The notes beneath the pieces are model-generated. The model was not told where the DNA came from. It saw only the letters and a program-made list of their open reading frames with translations, and made no database searches. The translations under genes and the position numbers were made by a program. A DNA stretch of 63,203 bases, the filler included, from Octopus bimaculoides (taxonomy: Eukaryota): assembly GCF_001194135.2 (NCBI RefSeq). It is 5 parts of 5 records of this genome, joined end to end, with 100 filler letters (N's around TTAATTAATTAA, not from the genome) between each part and the next. Parts side by side here need not be neighbours in the genome. Positions count along the whole stretch, not along the records: positions 32,680 to 57,306 come from NC_068982.1; positions 57,407 to 60,907 come from NC_069007.1; positions 61,008 to 63,203 come from NW_026439381.1; 2 more parts are not named here. The stretch is one strand, 5' to 3'. Positions 53,527 to 61,713 of the stretch are shown here, piece by piece; position 1 is the stretch's first letter; each line of letters opens with the position of its first letter.

Positions 53527-55020
53527 GGAAATAGAGAAATACATTTTATAAATTTATTAACATTATAATATAATATAACTTTACTATGAAAAGATATAAT
53601 ATAACAAATAATTAAAACAAGTATATATCCTACAATCTGTTTCAATTCATATCCACTAGTGAATTTATTAAAATATTCACATTTATGTATATGAATCTCA
53701 CCAGGGTAATATTTGTCTAAAAAATAGACAAGAATTTCATGCAAGGACTCGTGGATATGAATCAAAACAAATTGTAGGATATGTGTTTGTTATATTGTAT
53801 TATATCTTTTTATAGTATAATTATATTATATTATAATGTCAATAAATTTATAGTATGTCAATTATATTTCTTTATTTCCTTTAATATTATATGTTGAAAT
53901 TATACTGTTTTATGTTCTGATGTTTTTTCTACTATATTGTGTTATTTAACTGAAGAACCAGTGAAAATTGGATGTTTTCCATCCCTTTGATGGATATTGT
54001 TTTTTCCTTAGATTGAATAATAATTTATATAGACACACACACATACAATATGCCTCTATCAGTTTCCATCCATCGAAACCACTCAAAGGTTTCATCAGCC
54101 AAGGCTCTCGTAGAAAATACTTGCCCACCGTAGGAGCCACACAGTAGGGCTGAACCCAGAACCATGTGGTTGGCAAGCAAATTTCTTACCACACAGCCAC
54201 ACTTGCCCCTGGTTACTTCAGAATCAGTCATTGCTGCATTAATTTTATATCCCTCATAAATTTGTCATTTACAAAAAGCATGCACTCTCTTTTATTCTCT
54301 TTTACTTGTTTCAGTCTTTTGACTGTGGCCATGCTGGGGCACAGCCTTTAGTCGAGCAAATCGACCCCAGGATTTATTCTTTGTAAGCCTAGTACTTATT
54401 CTATTGGTCTCTTTTGCCGAACTGCTAAGTTACGGTGACATAAACACACCAGCATCAGTTGTCAAGCGATGTTGGGGGGACGAACACAGACACACAAACA
54501 TATACACACACACACATACACATATACATATATACGACGGGCTTCTTTCAGTTTCCATCTACCAAATCCACTCACAAGGCTTTGGTCGGCCCGAGATTAT
54601 AGTAGAAGACACTTGCCCAAGGTGCCACACACTGGGACTGAACCCAGAACCATGTGGTTCATAAGCAAGCTACTTACCACACAGCCACTCCTACGTACTG
54701 TTTAATTTCATGTAAAGAAAACAACATATAACTACATAAATACATTTATCTATCATTCTATTGTAAATAATTATTCCATTTATAAATTTCAGGTTGCCAA
54801 TACTAGTATGGGATGGACTTTAGGATTTATGCTCTACACCAGTAATGAAATCCCTGCTGAAACTCCAAGTTTAGCACAAACTACATTTATTCTATTGGCA
54901 ATACTCTTTATTTTGTTTATCTTCCTCTCTATAGGATTTGCAGTTGTTGCCAAAAGAAAAACCCCTACAATTAGCATGTATAATAAAGCCCCAGATTATG
55001 GATCAACAGATGTGGCGTAA
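36627..55020 (+). CDS. ENTPD1-like: Ectonucleoside triphosphate diphosphohydrolase (CD39/NTPDase1-2-3-8-like ecto-apyrase), 10 coding exons, 1563 nt = 520 aa + stop
   Basis: Manually spliced join(36627-36755,38530-38647,39660-39810,40821-40992,42480-42719,45743-45859,48166-48318,49360-49479,52275-52409,54793-55020). All introns GT-AG, phases consistent, no internal stops. ACR1 DAGSSHT, ACR2 GATAGMR, ACR3 [12 protein letters not shown]4 [11 protein letters not shown]5 GWTLG; N- and C-terminal TM helices. Family assignment is secure; one-to-one orthology to ENTPD1 is not established. Confidence 0.95.
37712..38135 (-). pseudogene. Mariner (DD34D) transposase 3' remnant with right TIR, in NTPDase intron 1
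   Basis: [11 protein letters not shown]...LLDIASSDY...LQNHL, then after frameshift ...[25 protein letters not shown]; TIR-like TATTGGATCATCCGATAAATAATG at ~37712. Confidence 0.88.
38530..38647 (+). CDS. ENTPD1-like: NTPDase coding exon 2 ([39 protein letters not shown]; ACR1)
   Basis: tttcag/TAC acceptor, G/gtaagt donor, 118 nt, DAGSSHT motif. Confidence 0.95.
38842..39225 (+). mobile_element. SINE family A, full length, NTPDase intron 2
   Basis: AGGCGCAGGAGTGGCTGTGTGGTAAG head, GTTTCAGTCCC B box, tail AAACAAGTAAAAGAG. Confidence 0.92.
39660..39810 (+). CDS. ENTPD1-like: NTPDase coding exon 3 ([49 protein letters not shown]; ACR2)
   Basis: cttcag/CC acceptor, AG/gtaagt donor, 151 nt, YLGATAGMR. 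Confidence 0.95.
39965..40255 (-). mobile_element. SINE family A, NTPDase intron 3
   Basis: Reverse-complement similarity to 38842-39225. Confidence 0.85.
40821..40992 (+). CDS. ENTPD1-like: NTPDase coding exon 4 ([57 protein letters not shown]; ACR3, catalytic Glu)
   Basis: tttcag/T acceptor, CTT/gtaagt donor, 172 nt; ORF track 40822..41154 covers it. Confidence 0.95.
42480..42719 (+). CDS. ENTPD1-like: NTPDase coding exon 5 ([10 protein letters not shown]...[12 protein letters not shown]...[10 protein letters not shown]...HLVL; ACR4)
   Basis: ttgcag/AAA acceptor, TTG/gtaagt donor, 240 nt. Confidence 0.96.
42995..43225 (+). mobile_element. SINE family B
   Basis: GGTGTTAGAAAAGGCACCCACCTGTAGAAAC body; CCAACCCATGCCAGCATGGAAAA..ATGATGATG tail. 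Confidence 0.8.
43845..44222 (-). mobile_element. tRNA-derived SINE family D, full length
   Basis: Minus head GTGGAGGCACAATGGCCCAGTGGTTAGGGCAGCGGACTCGCGGTCATAGGATCACGGTTTCGATTCCC; body CAGCCACTTGCACGTTAATTTCACGAGCAG. Confidence 0.9.
44700..44918 (+). mobile_element. tRNA-derived SINE family C, full length
   Basis: AGGCGGCAAGCTAGCAGAAAC head, GAGTTCAAATTCC B box, tail GGCCTTGTGCCTAGAGTAGAAAAG. Confidence 0.9.
45743..45859 (+). CDS. ENTPD1-like: NTPDase coding exon 6 ([39 protein letters not shown])
   Basis: ttccag/AAC acceptor, AAG/gtagga donor, 117 nt, conserved PC...PC cysteines. Confidence 0.9.
45960..47810 (+). mobile_element. Cluster of SINE C copies in NTPDase intron 6 (45960-46178, 46410-46618, 47217-47400, 47440-47550, 47590-47810; inverted tail 46235-46355)
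   Basis: Repeated matches to 44700-44918. Confidence 0.85.
46625..46988 (+). mobile_element. Non-autonomous Helentron/HINE (DINE-1-like) element
   Basis: 5' hairpin TCCACCTT-AGC-AAAGGTGGA, GTTTGTTTGTC microsatellite-like block, 3' subterminal CCTTGGCAGAGG followed by GTGCTCTCTGAGTGC hairpin and TT flank; architecture typical of HINEs. Confidence 0.7.
47848..48036. mobile_element. Mariner deletion derivative (MITE)
   Basis: TIRs GGGGCTGCTAAAAAGTTCCTGGC / GCCAAGAACCTTTCAGCACCC; internal decayed transposase C-terminus (GLEKL...[10 protein letters not shown]). Confidence 0.7.
48166..48318 (+). CDS. ENTPD1-like: NTPDase coding exon 7 ([51 protein letters not shown])
   Basis: ttgcag/GTT acceptor, TAT/gtaagt donor, 153 nt, GTGxxxxC...CP...CSFN..YQP motif. 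Confidence 0.95.
48825..49190 (+). mobile_element. SINE family A, NTPDase intron 7
   Basis: Matches 38842-39225. Confidence 0.88.
49360..49479 (+). CDS. ENTPD1-like: NTPDase coding exon 8 ([40 protein letters not shown])
   Basis: tttcag/GCA acceptor, GAA/gtaagc donor, 120 nt, AFS.YYY..FLNL...C..W motif. Confidence 0.95.
50871..51180. mobile_element. Unclassified interspersed repeat with 75-bp-arm fold-back (50871-51068); related copy at 53090-53360
   Basis: Shared AATTTAGAAATAGCAGT and GATATAGGG...AATAATTAACAA blocks between 51180-50993 (-) and 53090-53270 (+). Confidence 0.7.
51455..51705 (-). mobile_element. SINE family B
   Basis: Tail CGCTTTCCATGCTGGCATGGGTTGG, body GGATGCCCTTCCTAACACCAACC. 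Confidence 0.85.
52275..52409 (+). CDS. ENTPD1-like: NTPDase coding exon 9 ([45 protein letters not shown])
   Basis: ttgcag/GCT acceptor, AAG/gtcagc donor, 135 nt, CF...YI..L..GYHF....W..LHF motif. Confidence 0.94.
52452..52618 (-). mobile_element. SINE family B
   Basis: As above. Confidence 0.85.
53521..53885. mobile_element. AT-rich fold-back/MITE with ~135-bp imperfect inverted arms
   Basis: ATTAAAGGAAATAGAGAAATA...TATAAATTTATTAACATTATAA...TCATATCCAC vs GTGGATATGA...TTATAATGTCAATAAATTTATA...TATTTCTTTATTTCCTTTAAT. Confidence 0.75.
54295..54692 (-). mobile_element. SINE family A, full length, NTPDase intron 9 (additional partial - copies 52700-52830, 54040-54208)
   Basis: Matches 10661-11019. 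Confidence 0.92.
54793..55020 (+). CDS. ENTPD1-like: NTPDase terminal coding exon 10 ([14 protein letters not shown]...TM...[22 protein letters not shown]; ACR5)
   Basis: tttcag/GTT acceptor, GWTLG, hydrophobic TM2, TAA at 55018-55020. Confidence 0.95.
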   Translation, partial: VANTSMGWTLGFMLYTSNEIPAETPSLAQTTFILLAILFILFIFLSIGFAVVAKRKTPTISMYNKAPDYGSTDVA

Positions 55021-55179
55021 TTTTTAAAAAGAGGATTTTAACAAACAAATTTTAGTTGTTTTTATAATTCAGCCAACCATTTCTCTTCATTCTATTTTAG
55101 GATGTTATAATATTCTTTTTTTAATTTTAAAATTTTATATATTTCAGATATTTTTAATTTTAAAATTTTATTTAATTTA

Positions 55180-55230
55180 AAAATAAAATAAAAATAAAAT
55201 CAATTTCAAATTTTCTTCTCCGTAAATAAA
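55180..55230 (+). promoter_or_regulatory. Candidate polyadenylation signals (AATAAA cluster) of the NTPDase 3' UTR
   Basis: Several AATAAA hexamers 160-210 nt after the stop, in very AT-rich sequence where they can also occur by chance. Confidence 0.35.
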
Positions 55231-55454
55231 AAAAAACATAAACTATTATTTATATATTTTAGCAGTTTAATATCCATTTTTGTATACTAATATAGGACAT
55301 TGCTTTGTAATGAAGCAGTTTATTTTATAGATTGATGTCTTTCATTTAGTAAACTGAAGCGTGTTGAAAACATAGTCAAAAGCCTATTGCCTTAACTTTA
55401 AAATAGCTTTTACTAAAAGATTACTGATAAGAGTAAAACAGTTTGGTGGTAAAT

Positions 55455-55672
55455 TATTGGTTTCAAATTTTGGTACAAGACCAGCAAGTTCAGGGATCGG
55501 ATAAGTCAATTACATCAGTCCCAGTGCTCGACTGGTACTTATTCTATCGACCCCGAAAGGATAAAAGACAGAGTTGACCTCAGCAGAATTTGAACTCAGA
55601 ATGTATAGACAGACAAAATGCTGCTAAGTAATTTTGCCCAGTTTGCTAAGAATTCTGCCAGCTTGCTTCCTT
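55455..55672 (-). mobile_element. SINE family C
   Basis: Reverse complement of 44700-44918 type. Confidence 0.85.
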
Positions 55673-55680
55673 TCCTCAGG

Positions 55681-55911
55681 TTAACCCTTTTGATGCCAAC
55701 CTGGTTCTTTTGATGCCTCTGGTTCTGTAGTACAAATGCCTTGTTTTCAAAAGTTCTGAATTAAAATCTTCCACCAAACCTTAGTCACAATTTATGTTCC
55801 TAACACCAGCTTAATGATAACTAAGTTCTTTTACTAAATTCTTTGTTATACTTAACATAATTGAAAGAAACACAGAGCATCTCAGAATAAATATGGTAAC
55901 GAAAAGGTTAA
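55681..55911. mobile_element. piggyBac-type non-autonomous element
   Basis: TTAA-CCCTTTTGATGCC ... GGTAACGAAAAGG-TTAA termini. Confidence 0.65.
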
Positions 55912-55946
55912 TAATAACAGACATTTTTTTTTATAAAATTCTTCTC

Positions 55947-56116
55947 AGGTACAGGAGTGACTGTGTGGTAAGTAGCTTGCTTACCAACCACATGATCCCG
56001 GGTTCAGTTCCACTATGTGGCACCTTGGGCAAGTGTCTTCTACTATAGCCTCGGTCCGACCAAAGCCTTGTGAGTGGATTTGGTAGACAGAAACTAGAAG
56101 AAACCCGTCATATATG

Positions 56117-56149
<33 letters not shown>

Positions 56150-56382
56150 ATATATGTATGTATGTGTATATGTTTGTGCATCTGTTTGTCCCCCAGCATC
56201 GCTTGACAACCGATGCTGGTGTGTTTGCATCCCCGTAACTGAGCGGTTCAGCAAAAGAGACCGATAGAATAAGTACTAGGCATACAAGGAATAAACTCTG
56301 GTGTCGATTTGCTCAACTATAAAAGCAGTGCTCCAGCATGGCCACAGTCAAATGACTGAAACAAGTAAAAGAGTAAAAGAGA
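55947..56382 (+). mobile_element. SINE family A, full length
   Basis: Head AGGTACAGGAGTGACTGTGTGGTAAG, GGTTCAGTTCC, tail GTAAAAGAGTAAAAGAG. Confidence 0.92.
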
Positions 56383-56611
56383 GTTTATTTTTTCAAATTA
56401 ATCCAAATTAAGATGGTGTATTTCAACAAAAATGGGGTGAAAAATTATTAAAAGGAAAAGCAGAAGTGAAATAGTTGTGTTTTGTGCAGTGAATTCAGAG
56501 GGTTTGAGTTCTGTTCTCCTACAGATCTCTGGTTCTATGTTAGCATGATTTTCTTAATTCCTTGCTCCTCATTTCACTGATGAGAATAGATATCTGACCA
56601 TCTGAGGAAGT

Positions 56612-57080
56612 TCATCATCATCATCATCATCATCATTTAACATCCGCTTTCCATGCTAGCATGGGTTGGACGATTTGACTGAGGACTGGTGGACCAGATG
56701 GCTACACCAGGCTCTAATCTGATTTGGCAGAATTTCTACAGTTGGATGCCCTTCCTAATACCAACCACTCCAAGAGTGTAGTGGGTGCTTTTCTGTGCTA
56801 CGTGCACAGGTGCTAGTCCGGCGGCACTGACAACGACCTTGCTCGAATGTCTTTTCACGTGCCACCGGCACAAGTGCCAGTCCAGTGGCACTGGTAATGA
56901 TTACGCTCAAATGGTGCAGTTTACATGCCACCGCCACAGAAGTCAGACAGCTGCTCTGGCAATGATCACGCTCGGACAGTGCTCTTAGTCCTCCACTGGT
57001 ACTGGTGCCATCACGATTTCGCTTTCGCTTGCCCCAGCAGGTCTTCGCAAGCCGAGTTTAGTGTTCAATGAAGGAGACGT
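56612..57080 (-). mobile_element. SINE family B, long copy with internal ~65-bp tandem repeats
   Basis: (CAT)n-TTTAACATCCGCTTTCCATGCTAGCATGGG tail; three GGCACTG..ATGA..ACGCTC..ATGCCACC-like units at ~56823-56990. Confidence 0.8.
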
Positions 57081-57350
57081 TTAAAAGAAAATCAGGAAAA
57101 CTCTTGCTACTTCAAAGATTTTAAAATTCCTTTAAAATTTTAACTGATTCTCTCCCAAAGAAATTTTAAAATTTACTCTTTTATTTGTTTCAATCATTTG
57201 ACTGTGGCCACGCTGGAGAACTGCCTTTAGTCAAACAAATCGACCCCAAGACATATTCTTTGTAAGCCTAGTACTTATTCTATCGGTCTCTTTTGCCGAA
57301 CTGCTANNNNNNNNNNNNNNNNNNNNNNNNNNNNNNNNNNNNNNNNNNNN

Positions 57351-57362
57351 TTAATTAATTAA
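57351..57362. other. Artificial scaffold linker TTAATTAATTAA
   Basis: N44-linker-N44. Confidence 0.95.
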
Positions 57363-57406
57363 NNNNNNNNNNNNNNNNNNNNNNNNNNNNNNNNNNNNNN
57401 NNNNNN

Positions 57407-57466
<60 letters not shown>

Positions 57467-57785
57467 TGTATATATATATATGTGTGTGTGCGTGTATGTG
57501 TTACGTGTGCGAGTGTTTTTATGCATATGTATGTATATATGCACATGCACGTACATATACATGTGAATGTGTAGCGTGTGCAGTGTGCATCTGTGTAGCA
57601 TGTTGTGTATTCGTCCGTGTGCGTGTGTGCGTGTATGTTTGCACGCTCTTGGGCATGTGTGTCCACACGCTCAAGGAGACCATCACGTTGATTGAGAAAA
57701 TCAACCACACCAAGATTACCACCGAAAACAACCATAAATACCATTATATACGGTATATACATATACACACACACACCCACACATA

Positions 57786-57878
<93 letters not shown>

Positions 57879-58524
57879 GTTTGTGTGTGTATGTATTTAC
57901 GTATGTTTGTATACGCGTTGGTATTTATATATCTGTATGTACTACATATGTATATAGAGATAGAGATATGTATGTATATACATATATACATATATATATG
58001 TATGTATAAACATATATATATATATATATATATGCATATAAATCCGCGCTTAGAGACATCATTACGTACAGACTTACCTATATAGCCACCTGCACATACG
58101 TACGCATATATAAAGACTTGTGCAGCACAGATTTAGCCCAAATCTATACGAAGGCATTTTCGAATATGACTTTTGCCAAGCAAGGCGAACTCACCTGCCA
58201 ACATAATTTCCTTAAAATTAGGCTAAATGCCAACGTTAGCGTCGGAAAAACGCTTTATAATATTATTGACTAAAATTTGCTTAGGACTTGAGTATTTGGC
58301 GTATAAAAGCGTTTAACGTCTTTCAAATATGTTACGATGGAATAGAAGAAAAAAAAAACCCCCAAAAAAACAGTTGACTTTTTCACTCAGAAGGTCATTC
58401 TACTGTATATTGGTGATTCCTTGGTGATGACCTCTTTGAATGGAGTTGAAATGAATGAAGTGCCGCATTATCTACGTTAAGAAACAAAAAAAAAAACAAA
58501 AAAAACAGAAACAAAATGAAAGCG

Positions 58525-58567
<43 letters not shown>

Positions 58568-58614
58568 TGATAATAATAATAATTGTAGTAGTAGTAATAG
58601 TAGTAGTGGTGGTG

Positions 58615-58647
<33 letters not shown>

Positions 58648-58657
58648 NNNNNNNNNN

Positions 58658-58696
<39 letters not shown>

Positions 58697-58941
58697 TAGT
58701 AGTAATCAATAAAGAAATAGAACTGGCTATTTTATGAAAAGTAATATGTATAAAAATAATGACCTTAGTAATAAACGAATGTGAATGTGGGGTGGTTGTC
58801 CTAGCGGTGGTGGTGGTGGTGGTGGTGTCATGGCGGATGGTTTTTTTGTTGTTGTTGTTGTTGTTGATGTTGTAATGGTTGTAGTGGTTGTGGTGCTCGT
58901 GGTGGTGATTATATGGTTGCGTTGGAGACGAAGGTAATGAC

Positions 58942-58977
<36 letters not shown>

Positions 58978-59581
58978 AACGACAGTGACGGTGACGGTGA
59001 TGGTGACGATGATGCAGATGATGTGGTAGATGTAGACTACAATAGATAATTGCGACAATAATAACTATATATATATACACACAGACAGGAATGCATATAG
59101 TTATATATATACGNNNNNNNNNNNNNNNNNNNNNNNNNNNNNNNNNNNNNNNNNNNNNNNNNNNNNNNNNNNNNNNNNNNNNNNNNNNNNNNNNNNNNNN
59201 NNNNNNNNNNNNNNNNNNNNNNNNNNNNNNNNNNNNNNNNNNNNNNNNNNNNNNNNNNNNNNNNNNNNNNNNNNNNNNNNNNNNNNNNNNNNNNNNNNNN
59301 NNNNNNNNNNNNNNNNNNNNNNNNNNNNNNNNNNNNNNNNNNNNNNNNNNNNNNNNNNNNNNNNNNNNNNNNNNNNNNNNNNNNNNNNNNNNNNNNNNNN
59401 NNNNNNNNNNNNNNNNNNNNNNNNNNNNNNNNNNNNNNNNNNNNNNNNNNNNNNNNNNNNNNNNNNNNNNNNNNNNNNNNNNNNNNNNNNNNNNNNNNNN
59501 NNNNNNNNNNNNNNNNNNNNNNNNNNNNNNNNNNNNNNNNNNNNNNNNNNNNNNNNNNNNNNNNNNNNNNNNNNNNNNNNN

Positions 59582-59632
<51 letters not shown>

Positions 59633-59760
59633 CATACACACAGAAAAGATAATAGATGTTTATACATATAATTATATGTATATGTACATACACTCATATG
59701 TGCATACACACATACACACACACACATATATTATACGTATATGTAATTATTTTATGATTA
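57407..59760. repeat. Dense field of (TA)n, (CA)n, (AAT)n, (GTA)n, (GAT)n microsatellites; similar fields at 17200-22250 and elsewhere
   Basis: Direct reading; most N gaps abut such tracts. Confidence 0.95.
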
Positions 59761-60264
59761 GATATAAAAAAAAATATGACAAAAAAGTCTTTTGTCTATA
59801 AATTGGCCATAAAATAGAGTCACACATGAATTAATAGATACCTCATTATTTTTTAGCTTAAAATAAAATACAACTTATGTTGCCGTTTCTGTTGCTATGT
59901 TGGTGTTTGTTGCTACGCTACTATTGTTAATGAGTTTTTTTGGTTTCTTCGTATTTATTTAAGCATCAGTTTAAACTTCGCTGTGATTATGTCATCCCTG
60001 AAATATACTTGACATTTACTTGACTATCATCGTTCATACCTCCAAGTGATTTGTGTAGATATTTTGTCGTTATATTATAAGATGCACTTGGTCTTCTTTA
60101 ACCAAACGACCAACCAAAAAAGGTGCAACAATTCAACCAACGAAACACCAATCTTGTAACAAACAAGGTTTAAACAAACGACCAAGAAACCAAATTATGA
60201 ACGGTTTGAAGTGGTGGCTCGCCCTACTAGAAATAGCAGTAAGCATTTCTTTTTACGTAGGAAC

Positions 60265-60478
60265 AACCGTGACTTTGTGGCATGAAGTTTGCAAGGGATC
60301 TCGACCACATGGATCCGGGTTCAGTCCCACTGCGTGGCACCTTTCGCAGGTGTCTTCTACAATACGCCCATAGGATAGTAATAGGATTGCAACGAGTAAA
60401 GACTGGGGTCGATTTGTTCGACTAAAGGTGCTGCTCCAGCATGTCCGCTGCCAAATGACTGAAACAAGGAAAGGAGTG
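60265..60478 (+). mobile_element. SINE family A, internally deleted
   Basis: GGGTTCAGTCCCACTGCGTGGCACC head joined to GGGGTCGATTTGTTCGACTAAAGG tail. Confidence 0.8.
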
Positions 60479-60591
60479 AATACATACACAGTGAGAAAGC
60501 GAGACAGAGAGAGACAGAGAGATAGGGAATGTCAGAGTGACTGAGATAGATAGGTAGACAGACAGGTAGATAGATAGATAGATAGATAGAC

Positions 60592-60647
<56 letters not shown>

Positions 60648-60664
60648 GAGAGAGAGAGACAGAC

Positions 60665-60732
<68 letters not shown>

Positions 60733-60951
60733 GGATGAATAGATAGATAGATAGATGGATAGATAGATAAATACATTTCTTTTATTAGCCACACAGGGCT
60801 CAACGAAGAGCTTACAATGTAGAGCTTTTCTTTTTGGGAGGGGAAAAAATAAATAAATAAAATTTTAAAAAGGGGTGTGTCGATCAAAAGGGATCGTAGG
60901 AAGGGAANNNNNNNNNNNNNNNNNNNNNNNNNNNNNNNNNNNNNNNNNNNN

Positions 60952-60963
60952 TTAATTAATTAA
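60952..60963. other. Artificial scaffold linker TTAATTAATTAA
   Basis: N44-linker-N44. Confidence 0.95.
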
Positions 60964-61095
60964 NNNNNNNNNNNNNNNNNNNNNNNNNNNNNNNNNNNNN
61001 NNNNNNNTATATATATATATATAAGGATTTACTTTTCGTAATGAGATAAAAAAAAACCAAGGCTGCGTATAATATAGAATATTTATAAATAGAAT

Positions 61096-61143
61096 GTCTT
61101 ACAGCTGTTTCCAGGATATTTATTATATCCCTTCATCAGAGAC
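61096..61143 (-). ncRNA. Minimal type I hammerhead ribozyme, intact core
   Basis: Minus strand GUCU CUGAUGA AG GGAUAU aauaa AUAUCC UG GAAA C AGCU G UA AGAC: stem I GUCU/AGAC, 6-bp stem II, palindromic stem III ACAGCUGU, GUA cleavage triplet. Stem II closure (A.G, G.U) is non-canonical. Confidence 0.7.
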
Positions 61144-61370
61144 GGTGTGAGACGATGGTTAAGCAATAGTTAATTTACATAAGATAGGAAATAGAGAGTG
61201 AATGCAGGGATATTATATTTGTAAATCCATTGTTTAGGCAGAATGGTATACATATAAGATTCCAATACCATTCTGCCTAAACAATGGATTTACAAATATA
61301 ATATCCCTACATTCACTCTCTATTACCTATCTTAACTATAGTAACTATTGCTTAACCATCCTCTCACACC

Positions 61371-61418
61371 GTCTCCGATGAAGTGATATAATAAATATCC
61401 TGGAAACAGCTGTAAGAC
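61371..61418 (+). ncRNA. Mirror hammerhead copy with core mutation (CCGAUGA)
   Basis: GTCT CCGATGA AG TGATAT AATAA ATATCC TG GAAA CAGCTG TA AGAC. Confidence 0.5.
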
Positions 61419-61669
61419 ATTCTATTNNNNNNNNNNAATAAATATCCTGGAAACAGCTGTAAGACATTCTATTTATAAATGTTCTATATTATACACAGCC
61501 TTGTTTTTTTTTTATCTCATTATGAACAGTAAATCCTTATATTCACACGCTGATATAGGACCTACTTTGGACCCCTTATTCGCATAATCACCGAACCTGG
61601 AGCACTTACTCAGCATTACATGAAACCTCTGGGTCTAATTGACACAACTATCGCTCATAACCTATATAG

Positions 61670-61713
<44 letters not shown>

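Larger units (their letters stand above)
61020..61541. mobile_element. Palindromic Penelope-like terminal element, ~230-bp arms, 15-nt centre
   Basis: Left arm 61020-61249 is the reverse complement of right arm 61265-61541 (allowing for a 10-N gap with duplicated contig overlap). Confidence 0.85.

Noticed and set aside
61391-61470. Apparent third hammerhead half (AATAAATATCCTGGAAACAGCTGTAAGACATTCTATT twice)
   Set aside because: The two copies flank a 10-N gap and the mirror arm has only one; treated as contig overlap.
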